A stretch of DNA of 64,000 bases from a virus (IMGVR_UViG_3300027749_000055:32001-96000); one strand, 5' to 3'. Positions 19,054-29,278 are shown, counted from the first letter of the stretch. Numbers and translations: made by a program. Notes: a model not told the origin generated them from the sequence alone.

Positions 19054-19305
19054 CTACTGTGCGGGCGGGGTGGCTGGCTCAGGCAAAGCGGCAAGTTCTT
19101 CGATGTGAACCTGCAGGGCCTGGTCGAGGTTGGCAATCGAAGCCGTGGCATAATCAACGGCATTGGTATCGCCCGTGAGTTCGGCAACCTTCAGGTTCAG
19201 GCTGTGCTGGTAAGCCTCAGCCGCAAATTGCTGAATTCGCTGGGTCAGAAGTTCACGCTTCTGGTCGTCGGTAAGAAGTGCTGAGTAATCCATAGATTTC
19301 ATCAT
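19054..19305 (-). CDS. Hypothetical helical protein
   Basis: 83 aa ORF downstream of the tail fibre. Confidence 0.6.
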   Translation of the reverse strand: MMKSMDYSALLTDDQKRELLTQRIQQFAAEAYQHSLNLKVAELTGDTNAVDYATASIANLDQALQVHIEELAALPEPATPPAQ

Positions 19306-19403
19306 AGCGCACTATTCGCTTGGATAAGGGAACTTTTGCCAAGCCATAAAGCGTTGTGAGTGGGGGTAAATACGCTAATCATTTGATTAGCCTAAATTAT
19401 CCT

Positions 19404-22400
19404 TTATTGAAGGCCCAGAACGGTGAACGTAAAATAGTTGTAGGTGGGGGCGGTTGTTGGTGAACCGCTGTATTCCGTTTGAAAACTTAACGTAGTTGAA
19501 CCGCTGGTGCTAATGGTAATAGGCCAAGTAACGGAGTGAGAATTAAGCGAAGTAGATGTTGATGATGCTTGCCCAAGCGTATAAAAAGTAGTTGCTCCGG
19601 CGGTTATGGTTCCGGTGCTTAATGCAACTTGTCCCAACATACGAACCGAAGTGTTGGCGGCAACGGTTTGAGTCATACTGAATGAAACCAAATACTGGGT
19701 AAAACCCGACACAGTTACACTGTTTTGCGTTACAAATGATGAGGTTTGTTGAACAGCAATGTTGTTGTAACTAAACCAATAGTTGTTAGGAATACCAGCA
19801 CCAAGGTTGGTCAAAGCACCTGTTGCGGTTGTTGCGCCAGTACCACCGTTGGCAACGGGTACGGCACTTCCGTTCCAAGTTCCTGAAGTAATAGTTCCAA
19901 CGGTGGTGATTGAAGATGAACCGGCGAGGGGCGACAATGTTGCTTCAGCGGCTAACGCCCGTGTTTTTTCTACACCAACGGCAGAATCGGCGTAAGCGGT
20001 AGTTGCAAGTTGGGTCGAGTTGGTAAGCGCAGTAGCGGTGGGAGCGGTAGGGGTTCCCGTTAAAACAGGAGAAGCAAGTGGGGCTTTAAACGTTAAATCA
20101 GTTGATGTAGCAAGCGTTGCCGACGAAGGGATTGTCGTGCCGTTTACCGAAGTTACATTTGGAAGCGACACGGTTGCGCTGGTAATAAGCGTTGCCGAGG
20201 CGGGAATAGACGTTCCGTTTACCGTCGTCAGGCTGGGCAACGAGGTGGTGGCGGTTGTTACCAAGGTAGATGAAGCGGGAATCGTGGTTCCATTGACGCT
20301 GGTAACGCTCGGTAATGAAGTTACATTGGAAGCCATTGCGCCGAGGTTGGTGAGCGCACCAGAAGCGGTGGTTGAGCCGGTTCCACCCGCTAAAACAGGG
20401 AGGGTTCCAGCCGTAAGTGCTGATGAGGAAGTTGAATAAATAGCGTTATTTGCTGCCGTAAAATTAGTTAAGTTTGTTCCGCCATTAGCGGTGGGTAAAA
20501 CACCCGTTACGCCAGAAGTAAGGGGCAAATCCGTTGCGTTTGTCAGGGTTCCCGATAAGGGTGTTCCTAGCGCACCACCCGAAACCACAAGGGTTGCTGA
20601 CAACGGAATCGTCGTTCCATTCACCGAGGTAACGCTCGGCAAGGAAGTTGTCGCAGAGGTAATCAGCGTGGCACTAGCAGGGATACTGGTTCCATTAACC
20701 GTCGTGAGGCTAGGTAGCGAGGTTGTTGCCGTCGTTACCAAAGTTGCTGATGAGGGAATGGTAGTTCCGTTGATAGACGTGGCAGTAGCGACACCCAATG
20801 ACGGCGTAGTGAAAGACGGACTTACTAGCGGGGCTTTGGCAGCAAGGTCGGTGGTGAGGTTAGTTACTTGTGATTCCGTAACAACAAGGCTGGGAAGGCT
20901 TGTAGTTGCTGAAGTGGCAAGCGTCGCTGACGAGGGAATGGTCGTGCCGTTGATGGTAGTGGCGGTGGCAACTCCAAGCGAAGGGGTGGTAAAACTTGGA
21001 CTGACCAACGGGGCGTATGAAGCCAATTGACCGTAAGCAACTGCGTCGCTAGAGGCAGTGCCGTTAGCCAGACCCGTAATCTTGTTGCTGTAGGCGTTGA
21101 TTACCCAAGTAGGCGCACCAGCCGAGCCTGTGTTGGAAACACCGAACAAAGCCGTTCCTGCGGTATCCTGAACTTGTAAAACATCGGCGGTTTGACCCGT
21201 CGTTGTGGCGGTTCCCGTCGAAGTCGCACCCGTGGTTGCGCTGGTAATCGTGAACAAAATACCTGTAGCCGTGGCGATTGTGTAGGTTCCGTTGTAATTG
21301 GTTGTTCCCGTGATTACAACGGTCTGACCAACCGAGAAGTAGTGGTTGGCGGTGACGGTAATGGTCGTTCCGTTTCCAACAATCGCCGTAATTGAGGCGG
21401 TGTTTTGAACCGCTCGAACCACAAATGAAGTTGAACCACCACCCATAATCCAGCGTCCTGATGTATCGGCTCGCAGTAGGGTGTTGGTTGGGGCGGAGCG
21501 CAGTGAAATCAAGTCACCCGTGTTTACACCGTTTTGATAAATAGCAAGTCCGGGCAAGTTTGAGCCTGCATAGTTTGGGAGAGTAAGTACCCCCAACTGG
21601 TTCGCACCTGCAACTCGTATGTAAGGGCCTGTGTGATATAAGGCTTCGCTGAGGGTGGTTGTGCCATTATACTTAGTACCAGTTTGTAAAACTGTTGTTC
21701 CAATTGCGTCTTTCACCACCAACCCATAGGTGGTATTTGTGTATGCGGTTGCGGTTCCGCCCGATGTGTAAGTTCCAGTTGCGGTTGAGGCGATGGTGAA
21801 ACTCGTTGAGGAAACTGCCGTAATAGCCGCACCTGAACCCCCAACGTTAAACGCACCCGTTGGTACTGAAACCACACCCGTAACAGTGACATACTGACCA
21901 ACGCTAAATGAGTTGTTTGCGGTAAACGTCACCGAACCGGCAGAGGGCGAACCTGCTGCCACACCTGTAATGGTTGCGGTAGCACCTTGTTGTTGAATCG
22001 TCATTGTTGAGTTGGCGGTTGTAGTTCCCGAAGCGGTAGTGATACCGCCTAGCGTGACGGTGTTGTTGAAGGTATTAGCACCTGAAAAGGAATTTGTGCG
22101 AGACAAATATGGTTTATTGGCGTCGGCTACTACTGGCTCCCACGATGTAGACGCCGAATTGTAAACCACCACAAGCGTTTGATACTGCGTTGAGGAAGCG
22201 GCGGCGGCAGAGGTGGTGGAACCACGAATCGTGTCCGAGCCACTAGGCGCAAGAGTGGTTGTTCCTGTTCCTATATTGACAACGCCTACCTGAGTACCGT
22301 TAGCAGGGGCGGCAGGCAGTGTGACCGTTGTGTTTCCACTACCGTTCATCACGACAAAATCGCCAGCAACGGCGTTGGCGGAGGCGGTCTGAACGGTTGG

Positions 22401-23069
22401 TGTTAGGGAGCGACCAATCCATTGTCCGTAAGCCACAGCGTCCGAAGCCGACGTGCCGTTAGCCAGGCCCGTAATCTTCTGCGAGTTGAGGGTGATAAGT
22501 CCAGCCGAGGAAATCGCAACGAGGTTTGTTCCCGCCGAGTTTTGGATATCTACCAAGTCGCCCGTTTGTGAAGCAAGACCCTTGACGATTAGACCTACTG
22601 CAGAAGTCGAGGACGGGTTCAGGGTTGGCGAGAGAAGCGGGGCATACGTCGTTGGAATTGTGGAAATTACACTCCACAAAGCAGAAAAGTCGGTTCCGCC
22701 GATAAAGGGGAAGCAGTTGAGGTTTGCCGACGAGCCAGCCGAGTGAGCGGATTTTGGCGTTCCGTCCCAACCTCGCCCGTTATTGGTTCCGTCTGTCCAA
22801 ATCGTGACTACGCCCGTGGAGACGTTTACCGCTGAACAAAGTATGTGTTCTTCCGCTGCCGTGCCAAAATCCACAACTACGGTGAAAACTCCCGACGTTC
22901 CAAGGGGATTGGAAGTGCGCTGACCGTTGATTCCCGTTTCATACCACGTCGAAGCGTCCGCAATCGTGAAAGTCGTCTCGACATAAGTGCTAGAAAGCGT
23001 TGTGGTCGGGTATGAGGGATTGGCTGAACCTGCGACAGAGCGAAGTGCGGTAGCCAAGGGGTATGCCAT
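19404..23069 (-). CDS. Long tail fibre / adhesin-like protein with internal repeats
   Basis: 1221 aa Thr/Ser/Gly/Ala-rich; two KITGLANGT..SDAVAYGQ stalk-like motifs, seven NGT(T/S)IP repeats, PV.(A/N)GGTG repeats and APLASPVLTGTPTAPT fibre motif. Confidence 0.85.
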   Translation of the reverse strand: MAYPLATALRSVAGSANPSYPTTTLSSTYVETTFTIADASTWYETGINGQRTSNPLGTSGVFTVVVDFGTAAEEHILCSAVNVSTGVVTIWTDGTNNGRGWDGTPKSAHSAGSSANLNCFPFIGGTDFSALWSVISTIPTTYAPLLSPTLNPSSTSAVGLIVKGLASQTGDLVDIQNSAGTNLVAISSAGLITLNSQKITGLANGTSASDAVAYGQWIGRSLTPTVQTASANAVAGDFVVMNGSGNTTVTLPAAPANGTQVGVVNIGTGTTTLAPSGSDTIRGSTTSAAAASSTQYQTLVVVYNSASTSWEPVVADANKPYLSRTNSFSGANTFNNTVTLGGITTASGTTTANSTMTIQQQGATATITGVAAGSPSAGSVTFTANNSFSVGQYVTVTGVVSVPTGAFNVGGSGAAITAVSSTSFTIASTATGTYTSGGTATAYTNTTYGLVVKDAIGTTVLQTGTKYNGTTTLSEALYHTGPYIRVAGANQLGVLTLPNYAGSNLPGLAIYQNGVNTGDLISLRSAPTNTLLRADTSGRWIMGGGSTSFVVRAVQNTASITAIVGNGTTITVTANHYFSVGQTVVITGTTNYNGTYTIATATGILFTITSATTGATSTGTATTTGQTADVLQVQDTAGTALFGVSNTGSAGAPTWVINAYSNKITGLANGTASSDAVAYGQLASYAPLVSPSFTTPSLGVATATTINGTTIPSSATLATSATTSLPSLVVTESQVTNLTTDLAAKAPLVSPSFTTPSLGVATATSINGTTIPSSATLVTTATTSLPSLTTVNGTSIPASATLITSATTSLPSVTSVNGTTIPLSATLVVSGGALGTPLSGTLTNATDLPLTSGVTGVLPTANGGTNLTNFTAANNAIYSTSSSALTAGTLPVLAGGTGSTTASGALTNLGAMASNVTSLPSVTSVNGTTIPASSTLVTTATTSLPSLTTVNGTSIPASATLITSATVSLPNVTSVNGTTIPSSATLATSTDLTFKAPLASPVLTGTPTAPTATALTNSTQLATTAYADSAVGVEKTRALAAEATLSPLAGSSSITTVGTITSGTWNGSAVPVANGGTGATTATGALTNLGAGIPNNYWFSYNNIAVQQTSSFVTQNSVTVSGFTQYLVSFSMTQTVAANTSVRMLGQVALSTGTITAGATTFYTLGQASSTSTSLNSHSVTWPITISTSGSTTLSFQTEYSGSPTTAPTYNYFTFTVLGLQ

Positions 23070-23073
23070 AGCG

Positions 23074-24201
23074 TTATTCTACGCTGACGATTTTTATTTT
23101 ACCCTTGTATTCGTGGGAATAAGAAAGCCGTGGGCTTGGTTGCCAATTGGAAAACTTGGCCACTCGGTTTTCCCTATGCATTGTATCCGTCCGTTTGACG
23201 TGGTTTTTTGACGTAGCCCGCCAGAATGGAGAAGCGTCTCGATATGCACCCATACGGGGGTGAGTTGTTTTGGCAAAGTAGCGGTAGCCGGAGGCAGTGA
23301 AATATTCCCCCAGCCAATCCGAAAGTCGCACCCCCAGCCCTAAACCTTGAAAATCGGGCAGAGTAACAACCCTGTGCCCCCGCCAAGCGTTTTTTAGGGT
23401 TCCGCTGGGAAGAGTGATTGCTGAGGCGAAGGCGGCTGGTCGTCCGTCAATAACGGCGACAAAGCATTTGGAAGCAATTGAAATATCTCCCGTGAGGTAG
23501 TGGTGTTCCAAGAAATGCGACCACAAGCCTCGGCTGACTTCATATACGTCTGCCACCAATTTTGGTTGTTGAAGACACTCCTTAGGACGAATGGCATACA
23601 TACCGGAATCGGTATCCACAACCCAATCGGGCTGTAGCCAAGGTAAAACGTCACGGTGGCAGGTGGCAAAGACCACGCCCGTAATTCTATTTTTCCGAAT
23701 GAACCCGCTAATTGAGCGTGATGTAGCCATAGCCACGGTTCTGTCTACGACGGAGGTGAACTCGTCAATTGCCGCTTCATTTTCCAATTGTCGAGCAAGG
23801 TCGGCTCGGAATTTCTCCCCCACAGACAAAACGTCGTAGGGCTTCAGCCACGTCGGAACGGAAGACAAGCCCACGGCGTAGAACTTCTCGGCGGCTTCGT
23901 CCGCAGTGGAAAAATGGTCGGCAATCGTCTTGTCGGACGACCACTCGACGAGCGTGGAAGAAAAGTTTTCTTTCAGAAGAGTGGATTTGCCCGTTCCTGA
24001 GCCACCGACGATTACGCCGACGTTCCACCCCTCAGGTAGTTCTGGGAGTATCCACGGGTCGAAATTAGCCCTTTTGTCGGGGTCGTAGTCAAATCGGCTG
24101 ACCAACTCCCTAGCGACGCCCTGAGGGGCTACAGGGGTCGTCAGAGGGGTTCCTAGACGCTCTAGTGGTGTCCAAGCGTCTTCGAAGGCGAGAGAACTCA
24201 T
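23074..24201 (-). CDS. ABC-type ATPase fused to GNAT acetyltransferase
   Basis: Walker A GGSGTGKST, signature LSVGEKFRA, Walker B IDEFTS; C-terminal HRVVTLPDFQGLGLG acetyl-CoA motif. Confidence 0.85.
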   Translation of the reverse strand: MSSLAFEDAWTPLERLGTPLTTPVAPQGVARELVSRFDYDPDKRANFDPWILPELPEGWNVGVIVGGSGTGKSTLLKENFSSTLVEWSSDKTIADHFSTADEAAEKFYAVGLSSVPTWLKPYDVLSVGEKFRADLARQLENEAAIDEFTSVVDRTVAMATSRSISGFIRKNRITGVVFATCHRDVLPWLQPDWVVDTDSGMYAIRPKECLQQPKLVADVYEVSRGLWSHFLEHHYLTGDISIASKCFVAVIDGRPAAFASAITLPSGTLKNAWRGHRVVTLPDFQGLGLGVRLSDWLGEYFTASGYRYFAKTTHPRMGAYRDASPFWRATSKNHVKRTDTMHRENRVAKFSNWQPSPRLSYSHEYKGKIKIVSVE

Positions 24202-24782
24202 TTGCAGGCGCAGTTGTCACTGCAACAAGCGGTTTTTGCTTGCTCGGAATCCCACAGAACCTTGGTGATGACAATTTGGTTCGCCAAGTCAAGGAGGCTG
24301 TCCGTGACGTTTTCGTGGTTCATTTTTTTTCCACCAAAGAAGTTGGTCAAGCGTTGCACTTTCTCCAAAGCACGAACAAAGCACGACTTCCAAGCCGGAA
24401 CACCAATGGCTTCGGCAGCGACGTAGTTGGCATACGGGTCTGCGCCCGTGCCGTAGTCGTTGGACTTGGAAATATGAATAGTTAGCATTTCTGCTAACAC
24501 CGCACGGAATCGAGGGTCGCCACCTTCGGGGAACTCTGGCTTGGTGTAGGGCGTTCCGTCGGGGTTCACACGACGACGACCCGAACCGGCTCGCACGACC
24601 TTGGGCGGAAGGCTAGTGAAATAGAACGTTCCGTTGCTGGTTTCGCTGGTATTGCCACCCGCAACGGTAACTTTGGCGAAGGGGGTGTGCAACTGCTTTT
24701 CCTGAATCTTGCGTTCTTCTTCACGCAAAAACCTGTTTACCCGCTTGGTGTAAGCGGGGCTGGTCAGTGATTCTTCGGTCAT
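24198..24782 (-). CDS. DUF1599-like / all-alpha nucleotide pyrophosphatase-like protein
   Basis: KSNDYG...DPYANY...EKVQRL...ENVTDSLLDLAN motif. Confidence 0.65.
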   Translation of the reverse strand: MTEESLTSPAYTKRVNRFLREEERKIQEKQLHTPFAKVTVAGGNTSETSNGTFYFTSLPPKVVRAGSGRRRVNPDGTPYTKPEFPEGGDPRFRAVLAEMLTIHISKSNDYGTGADPYANYVAAEAIGVPAWKSCFVRALEKVQRLTNFFGGKKMNHENVTDSLLDLANQIVITKVLWDSEQAKTACCSDNCACK

Positions 24783-25258
24783 TCCGACTCCCTTCTTTCC
24801 AATTCAACAAGCGTGTGAATCTCGCTTGTCAATTTTTTGACGGCTCGAACTTCCCTTTGCAGTTCTTTGATTAGTTCACCGCTAGTCTTCGAGATGGTTA
24901 AGTGAGATAAGGCTTGCTCTGCGGCTACAGCGTCCGCTCGCTTCGCAGCGATAAGAAGGATTGCGCCCTGCAGACCCGCCAGCATAGACAAAAAAAGGTT
25001 GAGCAAGATGTATGGGTAAACGTCCCACGCACTGTGGCGCAGGATAAGTGAGTTTGTAGTTGCCCACAAAACCATAAACAGTAAGAATGAAGCAACAAAC
25101 CCCCACGAACCCATACGGTTGCGAACTGCGTCAGCGGCTTTTTCACCACGGGTCAGTTCTGCGCCCGTGCGGACGCCTGGGAGGTGTGTCCAAGGGTTGC
25201 TGGGGTCGAACCACGCCTCGGTTTCTATCCCGTCAGTCCACGCTTGAACTTCTGCCAT
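24779..25258 (-). CDS. DUF1003-family membrane protein
   Basis: GEKAADAVRNRMGSWGF...WDVYPYILLNLFLSMLAGLQGAILL. Confidence 0.85.
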   Translation of the reverse strand: MAEVQAWTDGIETEAWFDPSNPWTHLPGVRTGAELTRGEKAADAVRNRMGSWGFVASFLLFMVLWATTNSLILRHSAWDVYPYILLNLFLSMLAGLQGAILLIAAKRADAVAAEQALSHLTISKTSGELIKELQREVRAVKKLTSEIHTLVELERRESE

Positions 25259-25599
25259 TATGCCAAGACCTCAGCACGGGTCACGATTTTGATGTTGTTG
25301 AGTTGTTCTAACACTTCGGGACGGTATTGGTGGTAGGCATACACGGGCTTGCGGAGAAGTGTGGCGACCAAAATCTCACTTTTGGCAATGTCGTCTCGAC
25401 CCCACGCCGGTAAAACAATTACAGCGTCAGCGTCCAAAAGGGCGTTCATACGTTGAGTGTTGCTCGACAAATACTCCATTGGATTTTGAAGGTTGCAATT
25501 TTTCCGTAAAAGTGTGCCGTAAGCCTCGTCAAATGAAGCAATGTTGTTGTTGGGCAGTCCAGCCGTCGGGCCGGTCAGGTAGTAACGAATGTCGCTCAC
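25258..25599 (-). CDS. DUF4406 / nucleoside 2-deoxyribosyltransferase-like protein
   Basis: YYLTGP..G...N...F...NP...LLDADAVIVLPAW...A..E...A..L.KPV; somewhat degenerate. Confidence 0.7.
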   Translation of the reverse strand: MSDIRYYLTGPTAGLPNNNIASFDEAYGTLLRKNCNLQNPMEYLSSNTQRMNALLDADAVIVLPAWGRDDIAKSEILVATLLRKPVYAYHQYRPEVLEQLNNIKIVTRAEVLA

Positions 25600-26822
25600 A
25601 GAACTTCCAAATCTCCCCAGCCACGAACCCCGTAGTCCAAGCCGATACCAATGGTAATCATTCCCGCAGGGCTAGTTTGCCCCGTGTTCGAGGTAAACCA
25701 ATTCGAGCCACCGTCCATTGCCGGACTTTGAAAAATGGTACGTCCGGTTGCTTCCGAGCAAATGAAATGGTGCAAATGCCCGCTAAAAAGAATGGCGCAC
25801 TGTGATACGGGTGTGCGACCCATAACCTGACCCGTCAGCCAATTTTCCAACTTGGTCTGCGACTTGCCCGACTTGGCGCATTGGTGTCCGTGAATAAACG
25901 ATACGGGAACTCCGGCGATTTCTACCGTGGCAGAAAGGTCGTCGCTATTGAGAATCTCGTCAAAATCAGGGACGTGGACGTTGGCATATCGTTCGGGGTT
26001 GCCAAGGCAGATTTCACCGACTTGCTCGAAGACAGCCAAATCGTCGTTGTCGAGCCACGTTGTAAATGCTCGTCCTGACGCATTGCGGTTCTCTCCGTGA
26101 TTGCCAGGCACAGCCAAAAGCACAATTGGAATGTCAAACTTGTCCACCAGAAGGTCAATCAACTTCAGAATCAAACGGCGAGCAAGGCGCATTTGCGAAC
26201 GCCTATCCAAATCGGTATTGGCGGTCTGCATTGCGTAGTGTCCCGCACATTGTTCGATAAGGTCGCCCAAACCCGCTATATAAATAGCACTAGGGGCTTG
26301 ACCCTTCTTGACAAGTTCGGTAAGGCGGTGGACAATTTTGTCGTAGGCAAGAAGAATTCGCTCGGTTGTGCCTTTCGAACCGCCCCCCTCATTTTTGCCC
26401 AACTGCCAATCGCTCAAAACGTAAAGGAAGGCTCGGTTGCCGGTTCCGGCGGGGAGGGTCTTCTTGGGGGTCTTGTGCTTCGCTACAAGGGCGCAGAGAG
26501 CCTCAATGTCCTCTCGGTCATCTCCCGCCTCCCGACGCTTAATTGACGCTCGGTAGTAGCGCATACGGCGGATTTCACCACCGCCGACGTTGGTATCCCA
26601 GCCCCGAATGTGAACGCTTCCGTCCACGATTTCCGTAAACTTTGGGTCTAATCCCCAATCCTGAATAACGTCAGCCCAAATGCTTTCGTCGGGTTCTTGG
26701 TCGAGAAGGGGGGTGTCTATGTATCCCTCTTTGCCGTTCCACTTGATTGAGGGTTCGGTTCCCTTGTGAATGGTTGGCACACGCTTCTTGGGCAAAGAGG
26801 CTTCTACGTCTCGCAGGCTCAT
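25596..26822 (-). CDS. Calcineurin-like metallophosphoesterase
   Basis: SDWQLGK, GDLIE, PGNHGE, HGH and GHLHH motifs. Confidence 0.88.
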   Translation of the reverse strand: MSLRDVEASLPKKRVPTIHKGTEPSIKWNGKEGYIDTPLLDQEPDESIWADVIQDWGLDPKFTEIVDGSVHIRGWDTNVGGGEIRRMRYYRASIKRREAGDDREDIEALCALVAKHKTPKKTLPAGTGNRAFLYVLSDWQLGKNEGGGSKGTTERILLAYDKIVHRLTELVKKGQAPSAIYIAGLGDLIEQCAGHYAMQTANTDLDRRSQMRLARRLILKLIDLLVDKFDIPIVLLAVPGNHGENRNASGRAFTTWLDNDDLAVFEQVGEICLGNPERYANVHVPDFDEILNSDDLSATVEIAGVPVSFIHGHQCAKSGKSQTKLENWLTGQVMGRTPVSQCAILFSGHLHHFICSEATGRTIFQSPAMDGGSNWFTSNTGQTSPAGMITIGIGLDYGVRGWGDLEVL

Positions 26823-27073
26823 TGGTAAACCCCTCGCTGAACGGTTTTCTCAGGGCAGTGGCATACACCGTCGAGGTGACGCTTTAGCGTCTTTTCGTTG
26901 ATGGAAAGACCACCCGCCTTGACGACACGGGAAATCCAACCTGCGGGCTTTTTTTCACTAACCCACTCGTCAAATACCGACTTATCGTCTTTGTCTAGAC
27001 CTTGGTAAAAAGAGACGAACTTGCAGTGTGCAGAAGCCTGTTCCAAATGCTGTTGCGCTTGCCGTAATGACAT
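26819..27073 (-). CDS. Small hypothetical protein (HTH-like with Cys/His)
   Basis: 84 aa; C...RH..G.C.C; TTGATT-N17-TATTCT promoter upstream. Confidence 0.6.
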   Translation of the reverse strand: MSLRQAQQHLEQASAHCKFVSFYQGLDKDDKSVFDEWVSEKKPAGWISRVVKAGGLSINEKTLKRHLDGVCHCPEKTVQRGVYQ

Positions 27074-27113
27074 ACTGCAAGAATACAGCGTCCTCTGCGG
27101 AAATCAAGTCTTC

Positions 27114-27425
27114 TTACTTGTCCGTGGACGGTGCAGCCTTCTTTGCGGCGGTTGCCTTCTTAGCCGGTGACTTTTTTGCCACGGGCTTCTCGTCTGCTTC
27201 CAAAACAGGCTCGGCAGGAACCTCGACGGCGGGTTTGCTCAACTTGGCAATCTCTTCGGGGGTAAGGCGGACGACAAAGCCCTTTTCTTCGACATACTTT
27301 TTGCCGTAAACAGTCCAAGATTCGTCCGACATAAGAGTTCCTACAGGAACCCACTCGTCGTTCTCCTTGAACGTGTGAACTACTCGGTGGGTGAAATTGG
27401 TCATAGTGAAATAATACACCCCCAT
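27114..27425 (-). CDS. Small virion protein with Lys/Ala-rich tail
   Basis: Follows the major capsid gene; KKSPAKKATAAKKAA tail. Confidence 0.6.
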   Translation of the reverse strand: MGVYYFTMTNFTHRVVHTFKENDEWVPVGTLMSDESWTVYGKKYVEEKGFVVRLTPEEIAKLSKPAVEVPAEPVLEADEKPVAKKSPAKKATAAKKAAPSTDK

Positions 27426-27428
27426 AGC

Positions 27429-27460
27429 AAAACCCCCCCACCCTAAGGTGAGGGGGTTTC
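27429..27460 (-). terminator. Intrinsic terminator after major capsid gene
   Basis: aaaa-ccccccca-ccctaaggtg-agggggttt hairpin followed by a T-tract on the minus strand. Confidence 0.7.
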
Positions 27461-27485
27461 ACTGAGAAACCGAGGGGTTTACTTC

Positions 27486-28505
27486 TTAGATAATCGCTGT
27501 CCAGAAGTAGCCCAAGTCCTTTGCAACGACCTTGTTGTCGAAGGCGATTTCAGCCTCAACACGGTCAGCCTTCAACTCTTCCATACGGAAGCGTGAAACG
27601 CCGACAGTCGTTCCCAGACCGCCCGACACACCCGTCCACATAAACGAGTAGCCAGCCGAGGGGGTCATCAGACCAGGGTTCGGAGCCGTGTAGCAAAGCA
27701 GAGCCGCACCCGCACCACCGTTGGTGGCGACGAAGTTGTAGGTCTGCGAGTTGCTGCCTTCCTTACCCGTGTTCACAACCGACTTGGCGACCAGCACACG
27801 GTCTACTCCGAAGAGTTGAGCGAGCAGGTCTTCCGTGACGATTGCGCCCGCTTGCGTATACTTGTAGCGGTCTACGAGCAGCGGGTGGTTCTTCAGGACT
27901 TGGAACACCTTGTAGCCAAGGACGAGCGTGTTCGGCTCGTAGCCGGTGTTCTGCAGGACGATTGCCTTGGCGACTTCCACGTCCACGATAGGGTTCGACT
28001 TGTAAGTCGTCGGGGCAGCCTCGTAGTCAGACCAAGCGTAGGTCTGACTAGCGGTGGGGTTGGTCGAAGCGTCGGCCACTCCCGTAATGTCGGTTGCCCA
28101 GACACCCGTTTGGAAGTAGTCCACTGCCCACTGAACCTCACGACGGAGAAGGAGACGCTGAGTAACAAACTGCGTAGCCTCCATATCGGGGTTCAAGGGG
28201 TTGTCGGCGTTCGCACGGGTCTGGTCGCCAATGTCCTTGTGGAAGGCAAACACGTCAGTCTGATAGGTGTCCGTGGTCAGACCGTAGCCGGAACCAGCCG
28301 AAGCAGTGCCGTCAGCACGACGCTGAGCCTCGTCACGGAACCAATCGTCCTTCGTGTATTTGAAGTAGAGGTTCGACTTCTTGTCCACAGGGATAGTCGG
28401 GAAGACCTTATCCGCAATGAAGTTGTTGGTGTTCTGCAAATAAGCAACCGAGATGTTGGTCAGGATTGCGTCAATGTGAACGTTGTTTACGTTGGGTTGT
28501 GGCAT
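27486..28505 (-). CDS. Major capsid protein (HK97 fold)
   Basis: HIDAILTNISVAY.....FIADKVFP.IPV.K, PNTLVLG..V...LKNHP, C-terminal DLGYF; highly expressed-type codon usage. Confidence 0.92.
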   Translation of the reverse strand: MPQPNVNNVHIDAILTNISVAYLQNTNNFIADKVFPTIPVDKKSNLYFKYTKDDWFRDEAQRRADGTASAGSGYGLTTDTYQTDVFAFHKDIGDQTRANADNPLNPDMEATQFVTQRLLLRREVQWAVDYFQTGVWATDITGVADASTNPTASQTYAWSDYEAAPTTYKSNPIVDVEVAKAIVLQNTGYEPNTLVLGYKVFQVLKNHPLLVDRYKYTQAGAIVTEDLLAQLFGVDRVLVAKSVVNTGKEGSNSQTYNFVATNGGAGAALLCYTAPNPGLMTPSAGYSFMWTGVSGGLGTTVGVSRFRMEELKADRVEAEIAFDNKVVAKDLGYFWTAII

Positions 28506-28525
28506 TTTAGATTAGTCCTTTCTGA

Positions 28526-29278
28526 CTATGCCGCACGGCCAGCAGCGGCAGCCGCTACAGCCATAGTGATAACGTCGCCCTGAATACCCGAAGCGAGAGC
28601 CGTTCCGAGAATGTATTGGGTCGAAGACGTGGTGGTCTTTACCGAACCGGCAGAGCCGTAAGTAACCGTGCTTGCGACAGGGTTGGTAATGGTGAAGGCG
28701 TAAGAACCCGACGAACCACTGACGGCACTGATAACGCCCTCGTAGTTCAGCGAGCCAGCACCCGTGCCGGTCTGAACAATGCCCGAAACAGCCACGAACT
28801 GACCAACCGTGAAAGCAGTGGTCGAGTTAGTGGTGTAGGCAACGGTAGTGCCGCTAGCGGTTGCACCCGTAATGGTTGCAGTCGTCTGGGCGGCCGCAGA
28901 CACACCAAACTGTGCAGTGACCGCACGACCCGAAGCGTCAATGGTCAATGCGTCACCAACGGTAACGCTGTCGCCAGCGACAATTTTCGAGATACCGGAA
29001 ATGGTCACTTCAGCCTCCGACACACCCTCAATGTTTCCAGCAGCGTCGAACCAAGCCTTAGGCTGGTTCTGCAGGATACCGAGGGGACGGTCAGTAGCGA
29101 CGGTGCAAGCGGTCACGACGTTGCCGGACTCGTTGTAGGACGTAATGCTGGCAGTAGCCAACTTGACGAACGTGAACTGAGTCTGCAGGTAGGTCGAACC
29201 ACCAACGACTACGCTTGCGCCAGTAGCGTCTGCGACAGCCGTAATCTTTACAGCGTAGGGATTTTGCTCGTAAGCCAT
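28526..29278 (-). CDS. Capsid cement/decoration protein (DUF2190-like) with inserted beta module
   Basis: PLGILQNQP...AEVTISGISKIVAG.....GDALTIDASGRA...ILGTAL.....GDVI, interrupted by a ~90 aa Thr-rich module. Confidence 0.8.
   Translation of the reverse strand: MAYEQNPYAVKITAVADATGASVVVGGSTYLQTQFTFVKLATASITSYNESGNVVTACTVATDRPLGILQNQPKAWFDAAGNIEGVSEAEVTISGISKIVAGDSVTVGDALTIDASGRAVTAQFGVSAAAQTTATITGATASGTTVAYTTNSTTAFTVGQFVAVSGIVQTGTGAGSLNYEGVISAVSGSSGSYAFTITNPVASTVTYGSAGSVKTTTSSTQYILGTALASGIQGDVITMAVAAAAAGRAA

Noticed and set aside
19404-23069. Diversity-generating retroelement acting on the tail fibre
   Set aside because: No reverse transcriptase and no TR/VR pair with adenine-specific differences; the repeats are ordinary tandem duplications.
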